Source of the DNA: an uncultured Phycisphaerales bacterium
GTDB taxonomy: Bacteria > Planctomycetota > Phycisphaerae > Tepidisphaerales > Tepidisphaeraceae
DNA: 64,000 bases
Direction: 5' to 3'
Assembly (NCBI GenBank): GCA_963758525.1
Contig: CAVWVQ010000003.1
Location: 4,928,001 to 4,992,000 of the forward strand
Below, in pieces: positions 27,866 through 39,500 of the stretch. The position numbers were made by a program, and so were the translations under genes. Each line of letters begins with the position of its first letter. The first letter of the stretch is position 1. The notes beneath the pieces were generated by a model that saw nothing but the letters and a program-made list of their open reading frames with translations, was not told the origin of the DNA and searched no databases.

Positions 27866-29302
27866 ATGCATATCAGCGGTTCACCTGAGCATCACAGGAT
27901 CGACACCAGCGGGACGCCCGGCTCACGGGTCGTGGTCGTCGGCGGGGGACTCGCGGGGATGGCGGCGGCCGCTGCGCTGCACGGAGCGGGCGTGCACGTC
28001 ACGCTCATCGAAGCACGCAAGACACTGGGCGGCAGGGCAGGATCCTTCCGCGACCCCATCACCGACGAAGTGCTCGACAACTGTCAGCACGTTCTCCTGG
28101 GCTGCTGCACCAATCTGCTCGATTTTTATCAGCGGCTCGGCGTCGCCCATCTCATCACTTTCGAGAAAGCGATTCATTTTCTCGACGGCACCGGCAAGGA
28201 ATTCAGTCTGTTCGGCGTCGGCGGCCTGCCGGCGCCGCTGCATCTCGGCCTGGCATTTCTCCGCTTCGGTGCGCTGACCTGGGCCGAGCGAATCGCGCTC
28301 ACGCGCGCGATGCTGGCGATGATGCGGCTCGGGCGCGCGGGTCGGACGGAGCTCGACAGTCTCCCCTTTGGCGATTGGCTGGCACACTATCGTCAGCCGG
28401 CGTCTCTGATTCACAAGCTGTATGACCCGGTGCTCATCAGCGCGCTCAACGAGGAAACGCGAAACGTCAGCAGTTCCTACGCAATCCAGGTTTTTGTCGA
28501 CTCTCTGCTGGCCAGCTCCGGCGGATATCCTGTCGGGTTGCCGCGCTGCCCCTTGAGCGAACTGTATGCCCGGCTCCCCTGCACAGATGTGCGCAACGGC
28601 ACGCGCGTGAGCGGACTAGATTTTTCGCCCGATGGGAGTTGCAGGTGCGTGCGGCTGGCCGATGGCGGGCTTCTCGAAGCGGATGCGATCGTGCTCGCGA
28701 TCAATCATCACACGTTGCCAAAATGGATTCCCGAAGAAGTGGCGCGTCGAGATCATCGCTTTGCGCACCTCGACCGTTTGGAAAGCGTGCCGATTCTCGG
28801 AGCGCATCTCTGGTTTGACCGACCGGTCTTGAAGACTTCACACGCAGCCCTGATCGAAGGCCCGCTCCAGTGGCTCTTCCGCAAGGATCCACGGGGGACT
28901 GCCGTGCATGGCGTCATCAGCGCGGCGCGCGACTGGGTCGATCGATCGAAAGAGGAGTGTCTGGCATTGTTCGAAAAACAGGTGCGAACCACGCTCCGCG
29001 GCGCGCGCGACGCCCGCCTCACGCGAGGCGTGGTCGTAGTAGAGAAACGTGCGACGTTTTCCGTTCGCCCCGGCCTGGAGCAATATCGCCCGGAACAGGC
29101 GCCCCCCGTCGGCGGACTTTCCAATGTCTATCTGGCAGGCGATTACACGCAAACGGGTTGGCCGGCGACGATGGAAGGCGCGGTGCGAAGCGGTTACCTC
29201 GCCGCCGCCGCGGCAATCCGTAACGCGCAGCCGCAATGGCGCGGCGAATTCCTCGTCCCCGATCTCCCGCTGCAATGGCCGGCACGGTGGATCGAGAAGT
29301 AG
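27866..29302 (+). CDS. hpnE: Hydroxysqualene dehydroxylase HpnE (FAD-dependent)
   Basis: VVGGGLAG FAD motif, GGRAGS, DNCQHVLLGC, LAGDYT.TGWPATMEGAVRSG. Confidence 0.93.
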   Translation: MHISGSPEHHRIDTSGTPGSRVVVVGGGLAGMAAAAALHGAGVHVTLIEARKTLGGRAGSFRDPITDEVLDNCQHVLLGCCTNLLDFYQRLGVAHLITFEKAIHFLDGTGKEFSLFGVGGLPAPLHLGLAFLRFGALTWAERIALTRAMLAMMRLGRAGRTELDSLPFGDWLAHYRQPASLIHKLYDPVLISALNEETRNVSSSYAIQVFVDSLLASSGGYPVGLPRCPLSELYARLPCTDVRNGTRVSGLDFSPDGSCRCVRLADGGLLEADAIVLAINHHTLPKWIPEEVARRDHRFAHLDRLESVPILGAHLWFDRPVLKTSHAALIEGPLQWLFRKDPRGTAVHGVISAARDWVDRSKEECLALFEKQVRTTLRGARDARLTRGVVVVEKRATFSVRPGLEQYRPEQAPPVGGLSNVYLAGDYTQTGWPATMEGAVRSGYLAAAAAIRNAQPQWRGEFLVPDLPLQWPARWIEK

Positions 29303-29617
29303 GATATTCGCATCAATCCCGCTTCAGTTTTTTGCGGGTTGCTGTCATAACGGTCACGTCATAACGGTATCTGAACAATCGCCGGTAATTTCGATCCCGC
29401 CCGGGAAATAGCTCGCGACGCGGCTCGCGATGTTGTACTGTTGCCGCACAGCACATGGGCGCGCAAGGGTGGCGTATTCAACTCTTCAGAGCGCGGCAAA
29501 CGGCGCGGCGGTGCCGCGCACGCAAAATCGCTGCAGGCGGTGGTGATCGCTTTTACGGGAGACGATCGGCCAACCGCCGTGCTGATTCGCACATCCCCGA
29601 GGAAGGCTGCGTGGAGC

Positions 29618-32600
29618 ATGTGGTTGAAGAAACGTCGCGGAAGTTGGAAGCGCGCGAGCATCGGACCCAAGAGCCGCGCCCGATTCGAGGCGCAGGTTCT
29701 GGAGCCCCGGCGGCTGCTCGCTTCCGTGGTGGTAACCACTGTCAGCGACGCCGCTTCCCACCCGGGTTTTGTGTCGCTGCGCGATGCGGTCATCACGGCG
29801 GACTTCGACGCCGCCTTCGGAAGCTCCGATACGATCACGTTCAGTCCGAACCTCAACGGGCAGCAGATCACACTCACGCAAGGCGTGCTGGAATTGGACT
29901 CGGGGGGTTCGAGCTCCGCCGTTATTACCGTCGACGGGGGGAGTCAGATCACGGTCAATGGCAACCAGGCCAGCAGCGTCTTTCTGATTGATGCGGGGAC
30001 TCAAGCCGTTATCGCCGGCCTGACCATCCTTCATGGCAAAGCGACCGACGGCGGCGGCATCGATGACAACGGCACCCTCACCGTCAGCAACTGCACGCTC
30101 AACAATAATGCCGCGAGTGATGAGGGCGCAGGCATCTTTGCCGGCGGCGCTCTCACCGTCAGCAACTCCACGATATCCAATAACTTCTCGCTGGGTGATG
30201 CCGGCGGCATCTACAACGACGGCACGCTCACCGTCAGCACCACGACGTTTTACGATAATGGCGGCGACCTCGGAGGCGGCATCGATAACGACAGCTTCTC
30301 GTCGGCCACGGTCAACAGCTCCACCTTCGTCCAGAATTCCGGGCAAGAGGGCGGTGGCATCCATAACCGGGGAACGCTGACGGTCGGCAACTCCACATTT
30401 TCCGGCAACGTCGTCAGCTTCGGCGGCGGGGGAATTCTCGACGATGGATCGCTCACGGTCAGTGCCTCCACCTTCTCCGGAAACTCCGCGGAATTTGGCG
30501 GCGGGATCTATAACTACAGCGGGAACGCGTCGGCGGTGCTGGTCGACTCGATCGTTGCGGGAAATACCGCTGCCGCGGAGGCGGATGGTCCTGACATCAG
30601 CGGGCCGCTGGCAGGCGGCAGCACGTTCAACCTGATCGGCGACGGCACCGCCATGACTGGGATCGTCAACAACAACGGCGGCAACAAGGTCGGCACCAGC
30701 ACTGCTCCCATCGGACCGGGGCTTTTGCCGCTCGGCTCCAACGGCGGACCGACCCAGACCATGGCCCTGACCGCCAGCAGCGTGGCCCGAAACGCCGGCG
30801 GAAGCCTGACGACGCTGGCCGCATCAACCGATGCCAGTGTTTCTTCGACGAGCATCCCGGTGGGGCTCGCCTCGGCCATCGCCAGCACTCCCGGCAGCTA
30901 CGTCATCCAGGTTGACAGCGAGCAAATGCTGGTCACCAACGTCAGTGGAGGAACGCTGACGGTTTCTCGCGGCTACAACTCCACGACCGTGTCAGCTCAC
31001 AATGCGGGAGCCAAAGTGTACTGGGCAACCGATCAGACTGGCGCGCTGCGCGTCGGCGTGCCGGACATCGGCGCGTTCGAGTATCAGCCGATCACCAGCG
31101 CCGTCAACGCGCTGCCGTCCATCGAATCCGCCGCCAGCTTCATCGTCTCCTGGTCCGGGACGCCGGGGTCCGACGGATACCCGATCGCCTCGTATGCCAT
31201 CTACGTTTCGGACAACAGCGGTCCCTTCACGCTCTGGGATCCCACCGGCAGCACCTCGGCAGCCTTCACCGGAACCAGCGGGCACACCTACGGCTTCTAC
31301 AGCATCGCCACCGACACTGCAGGCGATGTTCAGCCCACGCCGGCCGGCCCGCAGGCGACGACGACCGTGCAGGTTCCGGTCGGGCCCTCCTTCACCAGCG
31401 CAACCAGCGCCGACTTTACCGTCGGCGCGGCCAGTTCGTTCACGGTTGCCGCCGCGGGCAACCCCGCGCCCACATACGGTGAAACCGGGACACTCCCAGA
31501 CGGAGTCACTTTGGATCCCACCACCGGGGTCCTGGGCGGCATGCCGGCCTCCGGCTCCGTCGGCGCGTATCCCCTCACGCTGACTGCGTCCAATGGCGTT
31601 GGTTCTCCGGCGACTCAGTCGTTCACCTTGGACATCACCAAGGACTCGACAAAGACGACGCTGACCAAGAGCACCACGTCCGCCATCAAGTACGGGCAGA
31701 GTGTGACCTTCACGGTGACCGTGACTCCCGCGGGCGTCAATGCCCTCAGCCCTGGCGGCAGCGGCGCCGTCGTCCTCGAAACCAATGGCACTCCGGCCGC
31801 GCAGGCTACGCCCGTCAATGACGTTGCCACCTTCACTTTCAGCGATCTGCCGTCGGGCTCCATTTCGATGAGCGCGTATTACGACGGCGATGCAAACTTC
31901 AGCGGCAGCGGCTCCGGCTCGCTCACCCAGACCGTGACCCAGGCGGCGACGACCACCAAGCTGACGAAGAACACCACCGGCGCCATCACCTTCGGCCAGA
32001 GCGTGACGCTCACCGCGACAATGGCCGCGGTCAGCCCCGGCGCCGGAACACCCACGGGTACCGTCACCTTCATGGACGGCAGCAACGTGCTCGGAACCGG
32101 CGCGGTCAACTACAACGGCATCGCAATGTTGACGACCACCGCCATTCCCACCGGCAGCAATGCAATCGACGCGGCCTACAGCGGCGACTCTGATTTCACT
32201 GCCAGTACTTCAAGCTCCCTCAGTCAGACGGTACATCAGTCGGCAACGACCACGGCGCTGAACGCGAACCCTACGACCACGATCAAGTTCGGCCAGGCAG
32301 TCACCTTCACCGCGACGATGGCCGCCGTCGCTCCGGGTTCGGGGACGCCCACCGGCACGGTCACCTTTGAGGACGGCGCCGCGGTGCTGGGAACCGGCTC
32401 GCTCAGCAGTGGCGTCGCAACATTGACAAGCACGTCGCTTGCCGTGGGAACCCATTCCATCGTGGCGGTCTACAGCGGCGATTCGGATTTCACCACCAGC
32501 ACATCAAGCTCCCTCAGTGAGATGGTGGCCCAGGCGGCAACGACCACGACGCTAACGAAGAGCAGCACCGGCGTCATCGCCACCGGCCAGAGCGTGACCT

Positions 32601-34278
32601 TTAGCGCGACGCCGGCCGCGGTAAGCCCGGCGCGGGAACCCCCAGCGGCACCGTCACCTTTTTGGACAACGGCACGTCGATCGGAACCGGTACGCTCAGC
32701 GGCGGGGTCGCGACGTTGACCACCACCACGCTCGCGCTGGGCAGCCATTCGATCCAAGCTTCCTATGCCGGCGACACGGACTTTGCCGCCAGCACCTCCA
32801 ACTCCCTGACTCAAACCGTGGCCGCCCCCAAGGCGCCGGCAATCACCAGCGCCAATCATAGCGCGTTTACGGTGGGTCTCAGCGGATCGTTCACGGTCAA
32901 GGCCAGCGGTCTTCCCGCCCCGACCTTCAGCGAAACCGGGACACTGCCGAGCGGCATGACACTCGACACCACCTCCGGCGTGCTGAGCGGCGTCCCCGCT
33001 TCGGGAACGGTCGGCAGTTACAACCTCACATTCGTCGCATCCAATGGAGTGGGAACCCCCGCAAGCCAGGCGTTTACTCTCACCATCGCCAAGGCGGTGC
33101 CCGGCGTTCAGCTCAACAGCATCCCCGCCGGCGGTACCGTCAGCTATGGCCAACATGTCAGTCTCGTCGCAACGGTCAGCGGAAACTCCATCGTCGCGAC
33201 GGGGACGGTCACGTTCATGGACGGCGCCACCGTGCTCGGAACTGGAACTGTCGGCGCCGGCGGCGTTGCAATGTTCACAACCACAAGCCTGAGCACGGGC
33301 AATCATCCGGCAATCACGGCTGTCTATGGCGGTGACAGCAACTTCAACACCGCGACGTCTAATGCGCTCGATCAAAACGTCACGCCCTCGGCCACCACCA
33401 CCAAGTTGACCAAGAGCACCACCACGGCCGTCAAGTTTGGGCAAAGCGTTACATTTACCGCGACAATCGCTGCCGTCAGCCCCGGCAGCGGTATTCCCAC
33501 CGGCACCGTGACTTTCGAGAACAACGGCGCCGTGCTCGGGACGGCCACACTCAGCGGCGGAATCGCGAAATTCACCACCAAGACGCTCAGCACCGGCAGC
33601 CATCCGACGATTACCGCGGCGTATGGCGGCGACAGCAACTTCCTGGCCAGCACGTCCAGCGCAATCGCTCAGACTGTCACACAGTCCGCGACGACCACCA
33701 CGCTGACCAAGAATACAACCGCAGCGGCCAAGTTCGGCCAGAGCCTCACCTTCACCGCCACCATGGCCGCGGTCAGCCCCGGCGCCGGCACGCCGACCGG
33801 CACGATTAAATTCGAAGACGGCGCGACGGTCATCGGCACCGGCGCGCTCAGCGGCGGCGTCGCCAAGTTCACGACAACCTCGCTTGCCGTAGGAAGCCAT
33901 TCGATCAAGGCCGTCTACAGCGGCGACACGAACTTCACCACCAGCACGTCCGTGTCCACGAGCCAGACGGTGGCCCAGTCATCGACAACCACCAAGCTGA
34001 CGAAGAACACGACCACCGCAATCCACTCTGGCCAGAGCGTGACGTTCACGGCGACCCTGGCCGCAGTCAGCCCCGGTGCGGGAACGCCCACCGGCATCGT
34101 CACCTTTTACGATAACGGCAGCACGATGCTCGGCACCGGCGCGCTCACCGGCGGGGTTACCACGTTCACTACCACCACGCTGCCGCTCGGGGGCAATTCG
34201 ATCACGGCTGTCTACGCAGGCGACACGAACTTCAGCACCAGCACTTCCGGTGCGGCGAGTCAGACGGTGACGTCTTAA
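29618..34278 (+). CDS. Surface protein paralog 1: LEPRxLL leader, SLRDA motif, beta-helix, choice-of-anchor Q, FN3-like, 2 putative-Ig and 8 bacterial Ig-like repeats (frameshift at about 32627)
   Basis: LEPRRLLA, VSLRDA, GGGI/FxxN repeats, NGGPTQTMAL..DQ.G..DIGAFE, GQSVTFTAT..AVY.GD repeats, ends QTVTS. ORFs 29441-32719 and 32662-34278 join where AGCCCCGG has lost one C. Confidence 0.85.
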
Positions 34279-34309
34279 GAGTATCGTCGACTCAGTGGGA
34301 GGCGCTGAT

Positions 34310-35160
34310 ATGACAGGCAACTCGCGACGGCTTCGCCAGACAGACATCCGCGACGTCTTTCGATTGCTGGGCGAGCTGACCGAACTGGGGCGCGATCCTG
34401 CCGGTTGGCGGCTGCATTTGCTCAACAGCCTGCTCTCGATGGTGGACGCGCGGGTCGGATTCACGGGCGAACATTTCATTTCCCCGGACGATCCCGCGGA
34501 TACCCGCATTGTTGGGGGAGTGCATGTCGGCTGGCTGCCGGGGGAACAGGAGATATTTTTCGGCTATTGAACTCCGGCGGAATGGCGCAGGATCCGCTGC
34601 ATGCCCAAACCCAACGCTTGCTCTTCCGCTCCTTCACCCGTCGGCGGCGAGACCTGGTGCCCGATGCGATATGGTATGCCTCGCCGGTGGTTGACCCGAT
34701 GCGGCGGCAGGCGAACGTCGATGACAATATTTATTCGCGCTGCAGACTTCCGCAGCCCGGCTGGGCCGTCTTTATTGCACTGATGCGGTCGTGGGGGAAG
34801 AAGCCATTTGGCGCGCGCGAGCGGTTGGTGGTCAGCCTCCTGCACCGGGAGATGGGCAGACTCTGGTCCAAAGCGGATCGCTCAGACCTGGCAGCGCTGC
34901 CGCCACGATTGCGGCAAACGCTCGATCTGCTTTTTTGCGGCTACAGCGAAAAAGAAATGGCAACTGCCTTGAGCCTCAGCCCGCACACGGTTCACGACTT
35001 CACCCGCCGCCTGTATCGCCACTTCGATGTGAGCGGGCGTGGCGAGCTTCTCACCAAGCCCGCGTGCCGGCAGTTGATGTTTCGCCCCGCGCTTTCGCCA
35101 GCGTATTACGCTTCCGAGAGAGGCGATACCGCCGGCACGTTTCCGGAAGTCGATCGATGA
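34310..35160 (+). CDS. LuxR-family HTH regulator with N-terminal sensor domain, paralog A (frameshift at about 34567)
   Basis: GGGAGG RBS; MTGNSRRLRQTDIR aligns to paralog B; C-terminal LPPRLRQTLDLLFCGYSEKEMATALSLSPHTVHDFTRRLYRHFDVSGRGELL. Confidence 0.85.
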
Positions 35161-35176
35161 TGTATACGGCGGTTCA

Positions 35177-36016
35177 ATGCTTGACAAATCACAACGGCTG
35201 CGAGCCGGACATATCCGGTGCGTGTTTCACTTGCTCGGCGAGCTTGTCGAACTCGGGCGCGATCCATCGCAGTGGCGCACGCACTTGCTGCAGAGACTCC
35301 TGGCGCTGGTCGATGGGAGGCTCGGATTGGCCGCCGAGCACTTCATCTGCCCGGACGCTCCGAAGATGGTGGGATTGGTGGAGGTGGGATGGGAACCGGC
35401 CGAGCAGCAGTTGTTCTACTCGCACGTCAACGCCGGCGGGATGGCGAATGATCCGCTTCATGAGCCGGTCCAGCGACTGCTTCACCGCTCGTTTACCCGC
35501 CGGCGGCGGGACTTGGTGCCGGACGAGATCTGGTACGCCTCGCCAACAGTTGTCGTTCGTCAGCAGTGCAATATCGATGACCAGATTTATTCGCGGTGGA
35601 ATCTTCCCCAGTCCGGTTGGGCGCACATCATCACTCCCATGCGCGCCTGGGGAGCCAGGCCCTTTGGCGTGCGCGATCGATTCATAGTCAGTCTGCTGCA
35701 CCGTGAACTGGGCAGGCTTTGGTCACAGGTAGACCGGGGACACTTGGCGCAGTTGCCGCCCCGACTGCGGCAAACGCTCGATCTGCTATTTTGCGGCTAC
35801 AGCGAAAAGGAAATGGCAACCGCTCTCAATCTCAGCCGGCACACGGTTCACGACTTCACCCGCCGGCTGTATCGCCATTTCAACGTGAGCGGTCGTGGCG
35901 AGCTTCTCACGCAGCCCTCCAGCCGGCAGCTCATGTTCCGACCCGCGCTCTCACCAGCGTATTACGCTCATGAGCGAGGTGATAACACCGGCACGTTCCC
36001 AGCGGTCGAAGCTTAA
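35177..36016 (+). CDS. LuxR-family HTH regulator, paralog B
   Basis: Intact 279-aa ORF with LuxR HTH LPPRLRQTLDLL..GYSEKEMA..LNLSRHTVHDF; colinear with paralog A. Confidence 0.9.
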   Translation: MLDKSQRLRAGHIRCVFHLLGELVELGRDPSQWRTHLLQRLLALVDGRLGLAAEHFICPDAPKMVGLVEVGWEPAEQQLFYSHVNAGGMANDPLHEPVQRLLHRSFTRRRRDLVPDEIWYASPTVVVRQQCNIDDQIYSRWNLPQSGWAHIITPMRAWGARPFGVRDRFIVSLLHRELGRLWSQVDRGHLAQLPPRLRQTLDLLFCGYSEKEMATALNLSRHTVHDFTRRLYRHFNVSGRGELLTQPSSRQLMFRPALSPAYYAHERGDNTGTFPAVEA

Positions 36017-36166
36017 GCGGCGGCTGGGCCGTCTCCGGTTCTTCGTGCCTCTCGGCGTCTTGTTCTTATCACCAATCATCAATTATCCGCTCCGTCGTCA
36101 AGACCGGTCATCGTGAACAGTTTTCCGGAAAATATTTTTGAGTGAATGCGTGGCAGTATGCCAAAA

Positions 36167-36210
36167 CACCTAAACAGGGTGATTGCATCACAATGAGCAT
36201 GTCGTAGCGT
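36167..36210 (+). promoter_or_regulatory. Candidate activator site plus sigma70 promoter for paralog 2
   Basis: Dyad CACC-TAAACAG-GGTG (36167-36181) abutting TTGCAT-16 nt-TAGCGT. Confidence 0.35.
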
Positions 36211-36512
36211 GCCGCCGCAGATCTGCCGAAAACTGGGCACGGGTGGGGGGTTCAATGGGGGGGCGGCAGCTCAATACCCTCGCGCATGGTTGTAGCATGC
36301 GCTCGAATTGTTCTTTCGAAGTGGATTCGAACAGATGGGCGCAGCGGCGACTTCTCCACAGGTCCCCGCGATTCCGAACTGGGAGCAAACGTGAAAAGAT
36401 TAATCGTCGTAACCGTTGGGCATCCGCTCGGATTCTTCTTCCGAAGCCGATTCGAACGGACAGGCGCGGGTGGCTTCCGCAGCGGCCACCGCTTTTCCGA
36501 AAGGAATGCAGC

Positions 36513-39500
36513 ATGTCTCGAAGATCCCGTCGTATTGCGGGGACATCGGTCATTGCCTCGAAGATTGCCGGCAAGCTCATGGAAAGACGGACGACCGTGG
36601 ATTCTGAACTTCGGCGCCGGATCGCTGCCGCGGCGGTTGAAACCCTTGAATTGAGGGTGATGCTTTCCACCATCGTCTGGACCAACGAAGGTCAGACCAG
36701 CGACGGATTCGCCAGCGTGTTCGGCTCCAATGCGGCCGTGGCGCGATCGGACATCGACGCGGTGATTACGACCTGGGAGCGGGAGATCATCAACTTCAAT
36801 TACGCCGGCGGTGGGAACACGTTCAACGTGTCAATCCAAATGGCAAGCAGCGGTACCAGTTCGGGCGCCAACACCAGCATCACGTCGTATAACAGCAACG
36901 GCAGCCCGACGGCCGCGTCAATTACCATCGGGCGGGGATACAACGGCTCTGGCGGGGGATATTTTCTGGATCCGACGCCGCTCGATTCGTCCGAGTTCAC
37001 CAACTCCACGACCAACGCGTATTCCGCCTATTCTGGTTCCTCAAGTCCGGCGAACGGCCTGAATGACTTATACGAGATTGTCCTGCACGAGATGGGTCAT
37101 GCGATGGGCTTCGTCGGCAATGGGCCCGAGGGACTTTTGGTCACCAATACCAACGTAAGCGACACGGTCGACTCCAATTTCGGCGGAGTGAATCCTCCCG
37201 TAGGTACGTATTGGCGGTTTGACGGGTCGGCCGGACACTTTCTGCTGACGAGCTTCGATAGCGGGGGCCAGAGCGGCACCGCGATCAATCACGGATCGCC
37301 TGATCACTTTGCCGATGCCGGCGCTTCTTACACGTCGAACGGCATAACGTATCTGGGTGAAGACGATTTGATGACGCCATACTACTCTAATAGTCAGCGG
37401 CGCCAGATCTCGCAGGACGACCTGGCCATACTCCAGAACAGTTATGGTTACACGGTCCAAACCGCCGACTACTACGGGACGCAATACGACACGCTGGATG
37501 CCGATGGCGAGCTGCACATCGGCGGACCGTCCACTGGAAACAATACGGTCAAGCTCTCAGCATCCGGCGGCAATATTACGGTCAACCTGACGCTGGGAAG
37601 CCCCGTTGCGGGAGCCGACCCCTCGACCATCACCAGCATCTTTCCCGCCTCGGCGGTGTCATCGATCGATATTACCAACGCTCCCGGGGGCACCGACACC
37701 ATCAGCCTTCCCGGGCTGGGCGTCCCCCTCACGCTCAACGCCAATGGCGGCAGCGACAACGTCAGCTTCATGGTGACCAACACAAATGATTCGGGGGATG
37801 GCTCGCTGCGCAGGCCATCAGCCAGGTAGATTCCTACGCCCAGCCGACAAGCATCATTTTTAACATCCCGACCAGCGATTCGGGCTACAGCGGAGGGGTC
37901 TTCACGATCAAGGCACTCTCCCAGTTTCCGGCGATTACCGACGCCCATCTGAGCCTGGATGGCAGTACGCAGGAAAACTACACCGGCAGCACCAATGGCG
38001 GCCGGCCGGTGATCTTCCTTTCCGGAGCGTCCGCCCCGACGAACACCAACGGTCTGGTTGTCAGCGCCCAGTGGGTGGCCGTCTCAAATCTCGCGATCGA
38101 CAGCTTCAACGGGTCATCATTCACCGGCGGCGGCGGGTTGGTGATTACCGGCGTTGCCGCGACAGACAACGTCGTGGTTGGCTGCCTGATCGGCGTGGGG
38201 GCGTCGGGGGCGTCCTCCGCTGGAAACAACGTCGGCATCGCCATCGACGGCGGCGCCAGCGGCGCGATCATTGGCGAGACCTACTCCGGATTCGCTGACG
38301 TGATCGGCGACAATACGATTGGCGTGGGGATCCTCGGGGGCTCGGGCAACAACCTGACCGCCGACGATATCGGGTTCACCAGCACCCTCGGCTCGGCGCC
38401 CAATGGCACCGGCGTGGAGATTCTCGGCAACGCACAAACCGGCGCGAGCAACAACAACTTCGTGGGTGACTGTCTCATTGGCAACAACACCGGCTCGGGC
38501 ATTCTTCTCTCCGGATCCGGCGCCCAGCACAATACGATCAGCGATAACTTGATCGGCGTCACCGACGTTACAGGCATCGGTTATTACGCAGTTCCCAATG
38601 ACGACGGGATCATGATCAATCTCGGTGCGTCGTCCAACGTCATCGGTGGCGTGGAGAGTCTCGAAGCGAACGTCATTGCCGGCAACAGCGGCAATGGCGT
38701 CGAGATCGATGGCTCGGCGAGCAACACCGTCGAAGGCAACACGATTGGCGAGGCGACCCGCACCCTCTTCAACGGCCATACGCTCACCGTCACCAACAAT
38801 CCCAATGCCGGCGTCGGCGTCTTCGTGCACGACACCGCAACGGGAAACACAATCGGCGGGTCAGCGTCCACGGACGCAAACGTCATCTCCGCCAACGGAG
38901 CGGCCGGCGTACTCTTCGGTGACGCCGCCTCCACCGGTAACACCGTCGAGTACAATTACATCGGAACAGATTCCTCCGGCGATTCCATCGGCAACGCCCA
39001 CGAGGGGTTGCTCGATTTCGGCAACAGCGAAACCATCAGCAACAACGTCATCAGCGGCAACGGGTATTCGGGCATGAGCCTGCCCGGCAACTCCAACACC
39101 GTGACCGGAAACCGGATCGGAACCAACCCCGCCGGCACCGCCGCGGTCCCCAACGCCCACCCGGGAATCTACATCAACGGCTTCTACAACGCCATTAACG
39201 GCAACACGATCTCCGGCAACTCCGAGAGCGGCGTCGAGATCGACACTTCCAGCTTCAACACCGTCGAAAACAATCAGATCGGAACCAACCCTGCCGGCAC
39301 CGTCGCCATTCCCAACCAGCAGGCGGGGGTCTTGGTCACCGGTACGCTCAACCAGATTTCAGATGATTTAATCTCCGGCAACGTCACCTCGGGAGTGGCG
39401 CTGGAAGGCGAAAGCAACACCGTCGAGGGATGCCTCATCGGCACCGACAGCACCGGCTCGACCGCCATCCCCAACATCCGCGAGGGCATCTACGTCAACA

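Noticed and set aside
29281..29310. GGATATTC as a fourth ECF promoter copy ahead of the array
   Set aside because: The upstream ACRCACATTC half is missing at the required spacing.
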